IMG/VR virus record: IMGVR_UViG_3300036823_000129
Coordinates: 1 to 57,456 of that record
Source: a virus
Taxonomy: Duplodnaviria; Caudoviricetes
Length of the DNA stretch: 57,456 bases
Strand: one strand, 5' to 3'
This document shows, piece by piece, positions 46,539 through 55,483 of the stretch (the first letter of the stretch is position 1; each line of letters opens with the position of its first letter). Both the position numbers and the translations under genes were made by a program. The notes under the pieces were generated by a model. The model did no database searches. It had not been told where the DNA came from and worked only from the letters and a program-made list of their open reading frames with translations.

Positions 46539-48028
46539 ACCCATGCCGCCAGCATTGAGGACTCGTCCTTCCCGAACTCCTCGCTCGCGACCGAGTTCAC
46601 CATCGCGCCGGCGACGAGCGCATCGATCACACGCGCTTCCTGATCGCCACCCTGCCGTGTCGAGCTCGGACGGTCAAACCGCGCGCCGCCCCCCGACAAC
46701 CCTCGCGCGATCGCGTTCAGCACATGCCGCGTCAAACCGAGATCCCCGGAATGGCGCAACCAGCCCTCACGGAGCGCCTCCATGAACCGCTCGTAATCGA
46801 GCGCCGCCATCGCGTTCCCCTGCGACCGGTCGACGACGCGGCAGCCGAGCTCGTCCTCGGCCCACCGCGCGAGCTGCTCCGCACGGGTCATGTCCATCAC
46901 GAGCGTGTGGATCGGATTCCTGGCGTGCACAGTCATCAGGGCCTTCTCGACGAGATGCGGGTCGAGCGACGTTCCGTCCCGCGGCGGCGTCAGCACCTCG
47001 GCCGGCCCGAACAGCCGATACTCGAGATCGCGCATCCACAGCGGCACAAGCGACGTCGTATCCCACTTCCATCCGACATCGAGGCCGGCCCACACCGGCT
47101 CATCCTCAGGAATCGGATCCGCGCTGAATGCGGCCGCCCATTCGATCTCCTGCACCGCGGCCGAGTCTGCGCGGGTCGCGAGGTTGCACGTGAACCGGCG
47201 CCAATGCGGCAACGTCATCGTCGCCGTTCCGCGCTTCTCCGCGAGATCGTCGACCGTGATCCCCGTGAACGGATTCGCGAGCTTCACGACGTCCATGTCC
47301 TCGACGTCGCCGTCCTCGGGCACCGCGTACTCGTGGAACGAGATCCCGTTCGAGCGGCATCGCGTGAATCCGGGCCGTCGCTCAACCACGGGGACGGTCT
47401 GCCGGATCAGCTCGCGCGTCGTCTCGAACTCGCCGCCCGGCTCGCCGGCGGTCGAGATCGTCGAGAGCTGCCCGCCGCGCTTCCCGAGCTTCCCGCGCCA
47501 TGTCCGGTAGAGCCGCAGGTCCTTGTGCCGGTGGAGCTCGTCGAGGAACGCGTCGGTCGGGATCACGCCGTCACCGGTGCCGGCGTCGGCGGCGAAGACC
47601 TGCATCCGGCCGCCCGTCTCCGTGTTCTTGATCCGCCGGTAGCCCTCCTGGCACTTGATGAACTTCTTCAGCCGCTCCGACCTGATCACGAATCCCTCGG
47701 CCTGGCGGTAGCCGATCTCGGCCTGGTCGCGTGACGACGCGGCCCATGGCACCGCGGCGAGCGGGCGGAACTCGACGATGTAGACGACCAGGCCGCCGAG
47801 GTTCGTTGTCTTCGCGTTCCCCTCGGGCACCAAAAGCCAGTTCTCGGGTACCCCGGCGAAGTAATCCTGCAGGTAGAGGAGGAAGTACGGCTCGACGATC
47901 CACGGCTCGCCGTTGTCGAGCTCGAGCTCGGCCGCCCACGTCTCGAAATGCTCGACGGTGAACGGATGCTGCTCGGTCGCGTCGGCGCGCGGCCGGCGCT
48001 TACGCGAAGTCGCCGGCGCGATCGTCAC
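46535..48028 (-). CDS. terL: Terminase large subunit
   Basis: Variant Walker A VPEGNAKTT, AASSRDQA, FLDELH, ISTAG, ANP, GLDVG...D, IDALVA..M. Confidence 0.92.
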   Translation of the reverse strand: MTIAPATSRKRRPRADATEQHPFTVEHFETWAAELELDNGEPWIVEPYFLLYLQDYFAGVPENWLLVPEGNAKTTNLGGLVVYIVEFRPLAAVPWAASSRDQAEIGYRQAEGFVIRSERLKKFIKCQEGYRRIKNTETGGRMQVFAADAGTGDGVIPTDAFLDELHRHKDLRLYRTWRGKLGKRGGQLSTISTAGEPGGEFETTRELIRQTVPVVERRPGFTRCRSNGISFHEYAVPEDGDVEDMDVVKLANPFTGITVDDLAEKRGTATMTLPHWRRFTCNLATRADSAAVQEIEWAAAFSADPIPEDEPVWAGLDVGWKWDTTSLVPLWMRDLEYRLFGPAEVLTPPRDGTSLDPHLVEKALMTVHARNPIHTLVMDMTRAEQLARWAEDELGCRVVDRSQGNAMAALDYERFMEALREGWLRHSGDLGLTRHVLNAIARGLSGGGARFDRPSSTRQGGDQEARVIDALVAGAMVNSVASEEFGKDESSMLAAWV

Positions 48029-48318
48029 GCAGGCCTTCCCTGCTGAACCGCCTGGCCGGCGCGCGCATTGCAGCTCCGATGCTCAGGCCTGCGCTCGCCG
48101 CCGGCGCCACCTTTGACGACGTCGACGACGTGGCCGGCGACGAACGGATCGTCCTCGCGCGGCCCCTCGCCGCACCGCCAACACGCGGTGGCCGACTTGG
48201 CAACGGCTCTTGCGTCGCGGTGCTCGCGTGTGTCATAGTCGCGGCGCCTCGGATGCTTCGAGCAGCGATTCCCTGAGGCAGCGATCGCACCGCACACCGA
48301 GCAGGCCCGGACGGTCAA
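48025..48318 (-). CDS. Terminase-associated HNH endonuclease
   Basis: CSVCG..RC..H, CWRCG...GHV....GG......HRSCN. Confidence 0.8.
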   Translation of the reverse strand: MTVRACSVCGAIAASGNRCSKHPRRRDYDTREHRDARAVAKSATACWRCGEGPREDDPFVAGHVVDVVKGGAGGERRPEHRSCNARAGQAVQQGRPA

Positions 48319-48566
48319 TCGGCACCATCCGAAATTTTTCTCGCGGCGATGGCGCGGAATGAAACGGCATCGCTCGATGCCATAGGTCGACCCGCCCCCC
48401 CTAGGTGCAGCTGCTGCTCCACGGCCTGCTCGAGGCCTTCCTGCTCAAGCTCGGCGGCGAGGGCTGCAACCTGGTCACGGTCGTGGTGGAGCATGGTGGC
48501 GCGGCTCGGGAGCTTCCGCAGCCAGCGGCTGTAGGCGAGCCGCTCGGCGATGGTCAAGCTGCCCAC
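48315..48566 (-). CDS. Hypothetical protein
   Basis: ORF overlaps both neighbours; its 3' part runs through the candidate cos site. Confidence 0.45.
   Translation of the reverse strand: MGSLTIAERLAYSRWLRKLPSRATMLHHDRDQVAALAAELEQEGLEQAVEQQLHLGGAGRPMASSDAVSFRAIAARKISDGAD
48328..48405 (-). other. Candidate cos/packaging site
   Basis: A G-rich run GGGGGGCGGGTCG followed by CGCCGCGAGAAAAATTTCGG next to HNH/terL, resembling cos regions of HK97-like phages. Confidence 0.4.
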
Positions 48567-49231
48567 CGTTCGAGCTGGTGGCGGCGGCGGGCCATGTAGT
48601 ACTCGGTTGCCTGGCGCTTCCGCTGTTTGTCTCGGGCGTCGTGGTCGTGGACAAGCTGGAGGTGGCTGCTCAGATCGATCGCTTCCTCGAGCGGCACATA
48701 GGCGGGGTCTCCGTGGAGCCAGCGGCCGTCGCTTGTGCGGTAGCCGTTGTGGGCGCGCTCGAGGGTGATGCCGGTGTCTGCTCGGTAGATGCGCCTGATC
48801 GGGCTCGCGGTGATGTTCGTGACCTCGATGCCGGCGCGGCGGATCTGTAGGCGCGCGACGTCGAGTTTGGTGCGGGCGAGCGCGCGGCGGATCTCGTTGC
48901 TGTTGCCGTGTTCGATGTATTCGTCGGCGTCGACGACGAGGATCCAGTCGGTTCGGCGGCCGGCTGCTTCGTGCATGAGTGCGGCGCGTTTCCCGACCTG
49001 TGTGGGCCAGATGATTCCGCCGGTGATGAGGACGTCGATGCCGACCTCGCGTGCGGCGTCCTCGATCGCCTGGGCCTGGTCGGGGTTGCTGAAGCTGGCG
49101 CCGTTGGGGAAGTGCTGCCAGGCGCCGTCGTAGGCGATGAGATTGTCGGCGATGCCGCCGAGCGAGGTGATGAGCCGCGCGAGGGTTTCGGGTGTTTCGT
49201 CGTACCAGGCGAGCGCGGCCGTGATGATCAT
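48554..49231 (-). CDS. GT-A fold glycosyltransferase-like protein
   Basis: WYDE, LIAYDGAW, Q..KR, DWILVVDADEYI. Confidence 0.75.
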   Translation of the reverse strand: MIITAALAWYDETPETLARLITSLGGIADNLIAYDGAWQHFPNGASFSNPDQAQAIEDAAREVGIDVLITGGIIWPTQVGKRAALMHEAAGRRTDWILVVDADEYIEHGNSNEIRRALARTKLDVARLQIRRAGIEVTNITASPIRRIYRADTGITLERAHNGYRTSDGRWLHGDPAYVPLEEAIDLSSHLQLVHDHDARDKQRKRQATEYYMARRRHQLERWAA

Positions 49232-49779
49232 GTTCCGACCGCCGTCTTCGCAGGGTCGATGACGCGGAACTCCCAGCCGTCGACGAATCCGAGGTGGCCG
49301 AGCTCGCGCTGCGGATGCGGATCCCACCTGATCTCCCGGCCGAACATCACGACCAGGTGCAGCCCAGGCGAGAGACCGCCATCGCAGTAGGGGCAGGCGA
49401 TCGAGGGGTCGTGCCGGATCGACGGCCCGGATTCCGGATACGTGAGGTCTGTCCTCGCGGTGCCCTTGCAATGGCTGCACCGTGTCTTGAATCGCGGTGA
49501 GCGGACACTCGCGAGCCACCAGATGTCGCCGGGCCATCCGTTGAGCACCGTCGGGTCGTCTTCGTCGAGGCTGACGTACGCGTTGCCGAGGCGAAGATTC
49601 CGGGCGGCGAGCCACTCGGCCCAGAGCTGCCACCAGTTCTCGTGCTCGACGAAATGCGGGACTTCGAGGAGCGGCAGCTCGAACAGCGACGCGACGCAGG
49701 CGCGCATGCAGTCGCCGGCCACGACCGTGTCGCCGTGCTCGTCGATCACGGAAAGCTGCCACTGCTCGACTGGCGTCAA
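49228..49779 (-). CDS. Papain-like Cys-His-Asp protein with an inserted zinc finger
   Basis: GDCMRACVASL.E....VPHF, HLVV, WDPHP; CSHCKG/CPYCDG insertion. Confidence 0.6.
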   Translation of the reverse strand: MTPVEQWQLSVIDEHGDTVVAGDCMRACVASLFELPLLEVPHFVEHENWWQLWAEWLAARNLRLGNAYVSLDEDDPTVLNGWPGDIWWLASVRSPRFKTRCSHCKGTARTDLTYPESGPSIRHDPSIACPYCDGGLSPGLHLVVMFGREIRWDPHPQRELGHLGFVDGWEFRVIDPAKTAVGT

Positions 49780-50438
49780 CGTGTCCCCTTTCTGAGGAGC
49801 TCGATCGCGGATGGGTTCGGGCTGTCGGCGGGCCAACCGAAGTACTCGACCCTCAACCCACGATCGAGGAACGGTGTTTCGTCGAGGTAGGAGCGTCCGC
49901 TCGGCCCTGACAACCAGACGTTCGCGCCGACCTCGGCGGTCATCTCGGCGAGCTGCTCCGAGATCGTCGGCATGTCGTCGCGGTCGTCTGTGACGAGCGG
50001 GCCCGAGCCGATGCCTGCTTCGAGGTCTGACTGACGCACCTCGGCGGTGTCGATCTCGAGCCGGCCGAGCAGGATCCGGTTCAAGGCGATGTTCAGCGCG
50101 GCAAGCCGACGGAACGGACGATGCAGCTCGATCGTGAACGCCTCAGCGAACTCGCGGCCGAAGCGGAGCTCGAGCGTCTTCGCGAGCTTCGTGCGCGCTC
50201 GAAAGGTCGCATCCGCGATCCTGACTGTCTGGATCGGCGCGTACCGGTCGCGGTTGTCGTAGGGCACGACGAGGGGTGTGCCGTCGGCGAGCTGCTGCCG
50301 GTTGACCCATCCGTGCCTGACCATCTGGAAGCGGTCGCAGACGATGAAGACGTCGGCTGCACGGATCTTCTCGGTGACGCTGATCGGGTAGAGCAGGTTG
50401 GGCTGGTGGCCGGTCGCGATGACGTCGCCGACGGTCAT
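49776..50438 (-). CDS. WbqC-family protein
   Basis: HQPNLL......KI.AADVFI.CD..Q.....WVNR, WLSGPSGRSYLD, SAIELL. Confidence 0.88.
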   Translation of the reverse strand: MTVGDVIATGHQPNLLYPISVTEKIRAADVFIVCDRFQMVRHGWVNRQQLADGTPLVVPYDNRDRYAPIQTVRIADATFRARTKLAKTLELRFGREFAEAFTIELHRPFRRLAALNIALNRILLGRLEIDTAEVRQSDLEAGIGSGPLVTDDRDDMPTISEQLAEMTAEVGANVWLSGPSGRSYLDETPFLDRGLRVEYFGWPADSPNPSAIELLRKGTR

Positions 50439-50797
50439 GTCGTTGAGTCCGGGAGGCGTTCGAAGACACCGTGGTCGATGTAGCCGTGCCAGCACCGTTC
50501 GTTGCGGCTGCCGATGAGGATCGAGTTCGATGAGCCGTCGTTGCGGCGGACGCTGATCGTTCCGTCGTCTTCTTCGCGGACCGTGTGCGCTTCGAGGTTG
50601 CCGAGCCCGTAAGGGCCGAATCCTTCGTCGCTCCATGGGACGGCGACCATCCAGTGCTGGCCTGTGAGGTTGGAAGCGTGCTCAGTGATTTCGCGGGGTG
50701 CGCTCCCGTCGCGGGTGAGCACTTTCCAGTAGTCGCCGGCGTGGATCTCGGCCGGGAGGTCGCCGTGCGGGGTATCGGGTCTCCGACGTCCGATCAT
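50435..50797 (-). CDS. DUF6527-like protein
   Basis: H.V.E..DGTISV...SILI.....WHGYIDHG.F. Confidence 0.6.
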   Translation of the reverse strand: MIGRRRPDTPHGDLPAEIHAGDYWKVLTRDGSAPREITEHASNLTGQHWMVAVPWSDEGFGPYGLGNLEAHTVREEDDGTISVRRNDGSSNSILIGSRNERCWHGYIDHGVFERLPDSTT

Positions 50798-51345
50798 CGG
50801 CGCATCACGAGGAGGAGGTCGTTCGAGCGGTAGCGCTCAACCGTGAAGCTTCTCGCCTCGCCGGCCGCGAACGTGGCGAGATCGGCGGGCTCGTACCGGA
50901 TGCACCGCGGATCGGTGCCGTGGTAGACGCTGACCGCCATCACACGTTCGCAGCCGTCCCAGAGACCGCGGAGCGTCTGGAACGTGAGCGCTTTCGACCA
51001 GTTGTCGGCGAGGTTGAATGTCCCGATGACCGCGACGAGGTCGAACATCCGGCCGGGCTTGACGTGGTGGAACTTCCGGTCGGGATGGGCTGCCTGGGCG
51101 CGGTTCACCATCGCGTGCGCCCAATCGCAGCCGTGGTAGGCGACGTCGTCTTCGACCCAGTCGGCGAGATCTCCGAGTCCGCAGCCGAAGTCGAGCAGCG
51201 TGTCGCCGCTTTTCGGGTCGAGTGCTTTCATGACCGCGTCGAATCGGTCGGTTTGGCCGGATGCTGTCCAGCCGACGGCTTCGAGGGGTGGCTTCGCGGC
51301 CCGGGAGCTCCACGCTGCCGGGGTGTTCGCGATCGCCTCGCTCAT
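50794..51345 (-). CDS. Class I SAM-dependent methyltransferase
   Basis: VGW....Q..RF, LLDFGCGLGD, YHGCD, FDLV..IGTFN. Confidence 0.88.
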   Translation of the reverse strand: MSEAIANTPAAWSSRAAKPPLEAVGWTASGQTDRFDAVMKALDPKSGDTLLDFGCGLGDLADWVEDDVAYHGCDWAHAMVNRAQAAHPDRKFHHVKPGRMFDLVAVIGTFNLADNWSKALTFQTLRGLWDGCERVMAVSVYHGTDPRCIRYEPADLATFAAGEARSFTVERYRSNDLLLVMRR

Positions 51346-52079
51346 TCCGGCGCCTCGTAGTAGATGCGCTTCGCTGCGATCCGGTCGGTTGTCGCCTCGA
51401 CGGAATGCCGGATCTCGATGCCCTGCACGATCGGGAGGATCGAGAGACGCTTGTTCGGGAGCTTCGTCTCGATCGACCGGAGCGCGGCCAGGGCGGCGAG
51501 CTCGAGCGGCGACATCTCGTCGGCGGCCGCGGCGAGCGCCTCGACCAGGTAGACGTGGATCGGTTTGCCGTTCTCGCGGTAGTGGCCTGGAGAGAGGCAG
51601 GTCAGCGTTGGCGACCAGCGGAACCAACGGAGCATCGGCACCGATGCGCGCACGTCGCGGTCAAGCCAGGGGGTTCGGATGGCTAGGTCGTTCGGCTTGT
51701 CGTTGTGAAGGACGATGCAGCCATGCCCAGCCGGGCAGGCCTCCTCGTCGATCGTCCCTTCCAATCGTTCGTCGGCGTCGAGGAGGATGAGGTGGTCACC
51801 TGGGCCTCCGAACGTGAGCAGGTAGTCACGTTTGGACTTATCGCCAGCCCAGAACGGATACTCGGGCTCGACATACTCGGCGCCGGCGGCCCGAGCTGCT
51901 TCGCAAGTTCCGTCGGTCGAGAGGTGCGTGGCCGCGTTCCCGAAGAGCGTCCCGTCGGGGTTGCCCCAGGCGCCGTCGACGACGACGACGCGGTCGCAGC
52001 CGGCCGCGTAGAGCGACTCGATCGCGCCAGTGATCGCGTCCTCTTCATTGAACGCCTGAATCGTGCCGATCACGCTCAC
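51342..52079 (-). CDS. GT-A fold glycosyltransferase-like protein
   Basis: AFNEE..I...IESL, VVVVDGAW, STDGT, KRD, LILLDADE; paralogous to 48554-49231. Confidence 0.82.
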   Translation of the reverse strand: MSVIGTIQAFNEEDAITGAIESLYAAGCDRVVVVDGAWGNPDGTLFGNAATHLSTDGTCEAARAAGAEYVEPEYPFWAGDKSKRDYLLTFGGPGDHLILLDADERLEGTIDEEACPAGHGCIVLHNDKPNDLAIRTPWLDRDVRASVPMLRWFRWSPTLTCLSPGHYRENGKPIHVYLVEALAAAADEMSPLELAALAALRSIETKLPNKRLSILPIVQGIEIRHSVEATTDRIAAKRIYYEAPE

Positions 52080-52294
52080 GAGATCACGACCATCTTCGTC
52101 CCGATCAGATCCGGGGTGACCTCGACCTCGGAGCCATCCACGCGCCGAACGGTGAAGATGCGGTTCCCATCATCGATACCGCCCCAGATCGGATCCTCTC
52201 CGTAGCGGACGTCGATCACCTCAGCCTCGAAGCGTGGATCGTTGCCGCGGAAGACCGCGACGCGTTCACCCACGAGATGGCGACTTACACCCAT
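52076..52294 (-). CDS. Small hypothetical protein
   Basis: Fills the operon gap with overlapping junctions. Confidence 0.55.
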   Translation of the reverse strand: MGVSRHLVGERVAVFRGNDPRFEAEVIDVRYGEDPIWGGIDDGNRIFTVRRVDGSEVEVTPDLIGTKMVVIS

Positions 52295-52797
52295 GTGAGC
52301 GCCCTCGAGCGGCAGATCGTCGGGAGCGCCTCAACCGTCGCCTCGACACCATCGTGCAGCCAGACAGGGCTACCAACCGGAAGCCGCCGCGTCGCCTCGA
52401 CGATCTCGGTCGTCGAGAGGTCGTAATCGCCGAAGCTCGGTTGCAGGTGGCACACGTGGCCCATCGCCTCGGCGATCCGGACGACGTTGCCGTCGTCCCA
52501 CCGCACGAACGGCGGCCGAAAGTCCTTGGGCCAAACACCGGTGAGGCCGAGGATCAGCGCGTCGGTCATCGCGATCTCCGTGGCGATCTCGACCGGGTTC
52601 AGCTCGACGAGCGGACGGTGCGACCACCCGTGGTTCCCGAGCGTGTGGCCCTCCACGAGGATCCGGCCGAGGAGCCGCTCCTGCCCCGCGATTCGGTCAC
52701 CAACGACGAAAAACGTGGCGCGTGTGTGGCGCTCCTTGAGGATGTCGAGGATCCGCGGCGTGGTGCTCGCGTCGGGCCCATCGTCGAACGCGATCAT
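52285..52797 (-). CDS. Polysaccharide deacetylase (NodB/CE4)
   Basis: FDDGP, ATFFVVG, GNHGWSH, FRPPF, LHDG. Confidence 0.93.
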   Translation of the reverse strand: MIAFDDGPDASTTPRILDILKERHTRATFFVVGDRIAGQERLLGRILVEGHTLGNHGWSHRPLVELNPVEIATEIAMTDALILGLTGVWPKDFRPPFVRWDDGNVVRIAEAMGHVCHLQPSFGDYDLSTTEIVEATRRLPVGSPVWLHDGVEATVEALPTICRSRALTWV

Positions 52798-53558
52798 CTG
52801 GCGCTCCGGTAGACGCGCTGCATTTCGTCGACGAACTCGGCCGGGTAGACCTCGGCGAGGTCAGACCACACCGTGGCGCTCTCGTGAGTGCCGTAGTGGA
52901 GCGAGCAGCCGGCGTAGTCGTTGAGCTGCCCGGCGCGGCTCTTGAAATCGACGAGCTGGAGCGGGTGAAGGTCGAGGTACTCGAGGCGCGGCCGGACGCC
53001 GGCGGCCATGAGCTTCCGCTGCATCGAGGTGTCCATCGCGCGGTCGCGGTCATCCTCGGCCGGGCGGCACCCGACCTTCGCGAGCATCGAGACCGGGATC
53101 GTGCGAACACCATCACCGCCGCGGTAGGTGATGTTCAGGTGCGCGAGCCGGCGGCCGTCCTCGCTCACGACGGTCGAGAGCCGTGAGCATCCGATCTCGC
53201 CTTCCCGTGGGAGCCGCGCCGCGATGAGGGCCGGGTCGACGATGTCGTCGGAGCCGAACGGCACGACGTAGTCGGCGTCGAGCTCGTTCACGGCATGCTC
53301 GATCCCGTCGTTCCATTTCCGTCCGAGCGGCTGGTTCGTCTGCGAGACATGCGCGAAGCCGAGCTCGCGGGCGAGCCGCTCGAACCTGGGTTCGTTCGAG
53401 ATGAGCACCGCGGTCGCGCCGATCGTGGCGGCGAGCTGTTCGCAGGTCCGGCTGAGCTGGCGAAGGCAAGCGGCCGCGATCTTGTGACGGCCATGGCACG
53501 GAACGACGAACACGAGCCGGCTACCCACGAGGCTCCTTGCCTTCGACGTGAAGGACAC
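52794..53558 (-). CDS. GT2-like glycosyltransferase
   Basis: VVPCHGR, NQPLGRKWNDG, YVVPFGSDD, VDFKS. Confidence 0.75.
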   Translation of the reverse strand: MSFTSKARSLVGSRLVFVVPCHGRHKIAAACLRQLSRTCEQLAATIGATAVLISNEPRFERLARELGFAHVSQTNQPLGRKWNDGIEHAVNELDADYVVPFGSDDIVDPALIAARLPREGEIGCSRLSTVVSEDGRRLAHLNITYRGGDGVRTIPVSMLAKVGCRPAEDDRDRAMDTSMQRKLMAAGVRPRLEYLDLHPLQLVDFKSRAGQLNDYAGCSLHYGTHESATVWSDLAEVYPAEFVDEMQRVYRSAR

Positions 53559-53682
53559 GCCAGCTGTTCAGCTGCTTCAACGCGGCGTCGCTTGCCTGCC
53601 GATCGTTCGCAGCGGTCTTGACATCGACGACCTTCTGCTTCCCCGAGCCGTCCTGGCAAGTGACCCGATACCCGGTCTTCAC
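53521..53682 (-). CDS. Small hypothetical protein
   Basis: GTGA-coupled; VKTGYRVTCQDG... Confidence 0.5.
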   Translation of the reverse strand: MKTGYRVTCQDGSGKQKVVDVKTAANDRQASDAALKQLNSWRVLHVEGKEPRG

Positions 53683-53933
53683 GCCGCGACGGCCCGACGG
53701 TGACGGCCGCACGTGCAGCCCGGCTCGCATCGTTTCCGCCTCCAGTCGCTCGGCCGCTGGACGGACTCGAGGTCGTGGGATCGGAGGACGCGTTCGGCGT
53801 GCCGGGCGCGTTCGATCAGCCTGGGACGCAACTGGATGAGCAGCTCTCGCCGCTCCGCCGGTGTGATATTCAGCCCCAAGAAATGCGGAAGCCCGCGCTC
53901 GGCGGGCTCGAAGGTCTTGCTCTGGGGGCGCAC
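53679..53933 (-). CDS. Hypothetical protein, likely first gene of the late transcript
   Basis: Follows a TG-c-TACTCT extended -10 (53976-53984); C-terminal CEPGCTCGRH. Confidence 0.55.
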   Translation of the reverse strand: MRPQSKTFEPAERGLPHFLGLNITPAERRELLIQLRPRLIERARHAERVLRSHDLESVQRPSDWRRKRCEPGCTCGRHRRAVAA

Positions 53934-53989
53934 CTCGCCTACCGGGGGCGGGCGGGCGTGCCCAACAACACGACGAGAGTAGCACGGCC

Positions 53990-54274
53990 TTATCCGAGCC
54001 TTCTTCGTTCACGTCGGCGCTCTCGCGCGATGGTCTCTTTCTCCGGGGCGGTGCCGTCGATCGCGCCGCCAAAACCGGTAACGGGTATGCCTCTTAGCCG
54101 GCGTTCGTCGCCGGGTGGAGCGTTCGGGTTCACGGGGAGCTCACCACCGGTTTCGACGGTGATCCGGGCGAGCTCGGCCTCCATTCGCTGGTTCTCTTGC
54201 GCGTGTTTGGCCCAGAGGATGAGGCGTTGGTCGCCGGCGGGGGGATCGTCGACGCGCGGATTCGGGCGCCTCAC
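53990..54274 (-). CDS. Hypothetical protein
   Basis: Coupled to the LuxR-type gene. Confidence 0.55.
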   Translation of the reverse strand: MRRPNPRVDDPPAGDQRLILWAKHAQENQRMEAELARITVETGGELPVNPNAPPGDERRLRGIPVTGFGGAIDGTAPEKETIARERRRERRRLG

Positions 54275-54537
54275 GCGAGCTCGTCGACGTCGAACGCGTC
54301 CTTCAGCCGCCGGCGGGCGCGGGCCATCAGGTCACGGACGTTCTTCGGATCGGTGTCGAGCGCCCTGGCGATCTTCCGGATCGGCCAGCCTCGCGCGACG
54401 AGCTGCAGCACTTCGATCTGCCGGGGTGTGCACCGCGCCTCGATCAGCGCGGCGAGTTCCGGCGACACCCCTTCCCACCTGCTCACGCGGACACCGTCGC
54501 CCGGCAGATGAACCAGAGACAGCCGAGGCGTTCGCAA
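54271..54537 (-). CDS. LuxR/sigma-region-4-type HTH regulator (candidate late activator)
   Basis: TPRQIEVLQLVARGW.IRKIARAL......VR....RARRRL. Confidence 0.82.
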   Translation of the reverse strand: MRTPRLSLVHLPGDGVRVSRWEGVSPELAALIEARCTPRQIEVLQLVARGWPIRKIARALDTDPKNVRDLMARARRRLKDAFDVDELA

Positions 54538-54550
54538 CGGCGGCAGATCC

Positions 54551-54787
54551 TCATCCTCCGGTCACCGCGAGCCTGCCCGAGCGCGCCGCCGCGTCGAAGA
54601 CGGGCTTGGCCGCATCGACGAGCGTCGCGGCGATGTGGCATACCTCGATCCGGCCCATGCGCGCGATCACGAGATGGCCGCCGCCGAGCGCTGGCCGAAC
54701 GATCACTGTCCACCCGGCTCGGCGCAGCACCCAGAGGAGCGTTTCTCCCCAGACATCTGACTGGCCGAGACGCTCGAGCTCGCCCAC
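54551..54787 (-). CDS. Hypothetical protein
   Basis: Collinear in the minus-strand operon. Confidence 0.5.
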   Translation of the reverse strand: MGELERLGQSDVWGETLLWVLRRAGWTVIVRPALGGGHLVIARMGRIEVCHIAATLVDAAKPVFDAAARSGRLAVTGG

Positions 54788-54788
54788 G

Positions 54789-55124
54789 TCACCGGTCGCC
54801 CGGCGGCGTCACTTGCCAGCCGTGGTCGATCAGGGCGTGCGCGAACGAGGCTTGTGTTTCGTCGTCGAGTCGGAGGGCCTCAACGGTGGCATCGACGCAG
54901 AAGAGCTCGATGTTCGCCCGGCTGAGCTCCCCGACCATCATCGTGACGGTCATGCTCCGGACAGAGCGGCGGACGTCGAGCCAGCTGCCGTCGTCCTTCC
55001 GGAGGAAGAAGATCCCGACGTTCCGAACGATGTTCTCGCTCGACTCGATCCGAACAAGGTTCCGCTTCCGATTCGCTGGAGCCGCCGTCGGCGCGGGCCG
55101 CCGCGCCCGGAACCAGCGTTTCAC
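54789..55124 (-). CDS. Hypothetical protein
   Basis: GTGA-coupled, protein-like composition. Confidence 0.55.
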   Translation of the reverse strand: MKRWFRARRPAPTAAPANRKRNLVRIESSENIVRNVGIFFLRKDDGSWLDVRRSVRSMTVTMMVGELSRANIELFCVDATVEALRLDDETQASFAHALIDHGWQVTPPGDR

Positions 55125-55414
55125 TTCGAGTCCAGGATCGTCGCCGACCGGATCATCCTCGACCGATCGTCGAACGCATCCCACGCCTTCTGCCGGCGCT
55201 TCTTCATCTCCCGCTGCAGCCGCTCGATCTGCGGTTTCAGATCCTCGGCGATCGTCTGCAACTCACGATCGAGAACGGTGCGGGCCTGGCGGAGCGCGAC
55301 GCGCTGCTCCGACGTCGCCCGCCGGGCGGGACGAGCTTTCTTCTCGGCGGCTTCCTTTTGCCGCGGCGCCTGGTTTCGCTGCGACCGCGCGCGGGAATCG
55401 AAATGACTGGGCAA
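55121..55414 (-). CDS. Basic coiled-coil protein
   Basis: GGAGGT RBS before TTG 55414. Confidence 0.6.
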   Translation of the reverse strand: MPSHFDSRARSQRNQAPRQKEAAEKKARPARRATSEQRVALRQARTVLDRELQTIAEDLKPQIERLQREMKKRRQKAWDAFDDRSRMIRSATILDSK

Positions 55415-55483
55415 GGCGCACCTCCAGATGAGACGGGACCTCATTTGGTGTGCGCCACCCTGCTCGCGGCAGGCCCGAAGCGC

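Noticed and set aside
53700-55406. 568-aa + strand ORF
   Set aside because: Arg/Ser/Ala-rich with no motifs, and it overlaps five coupled minus-strand genes.
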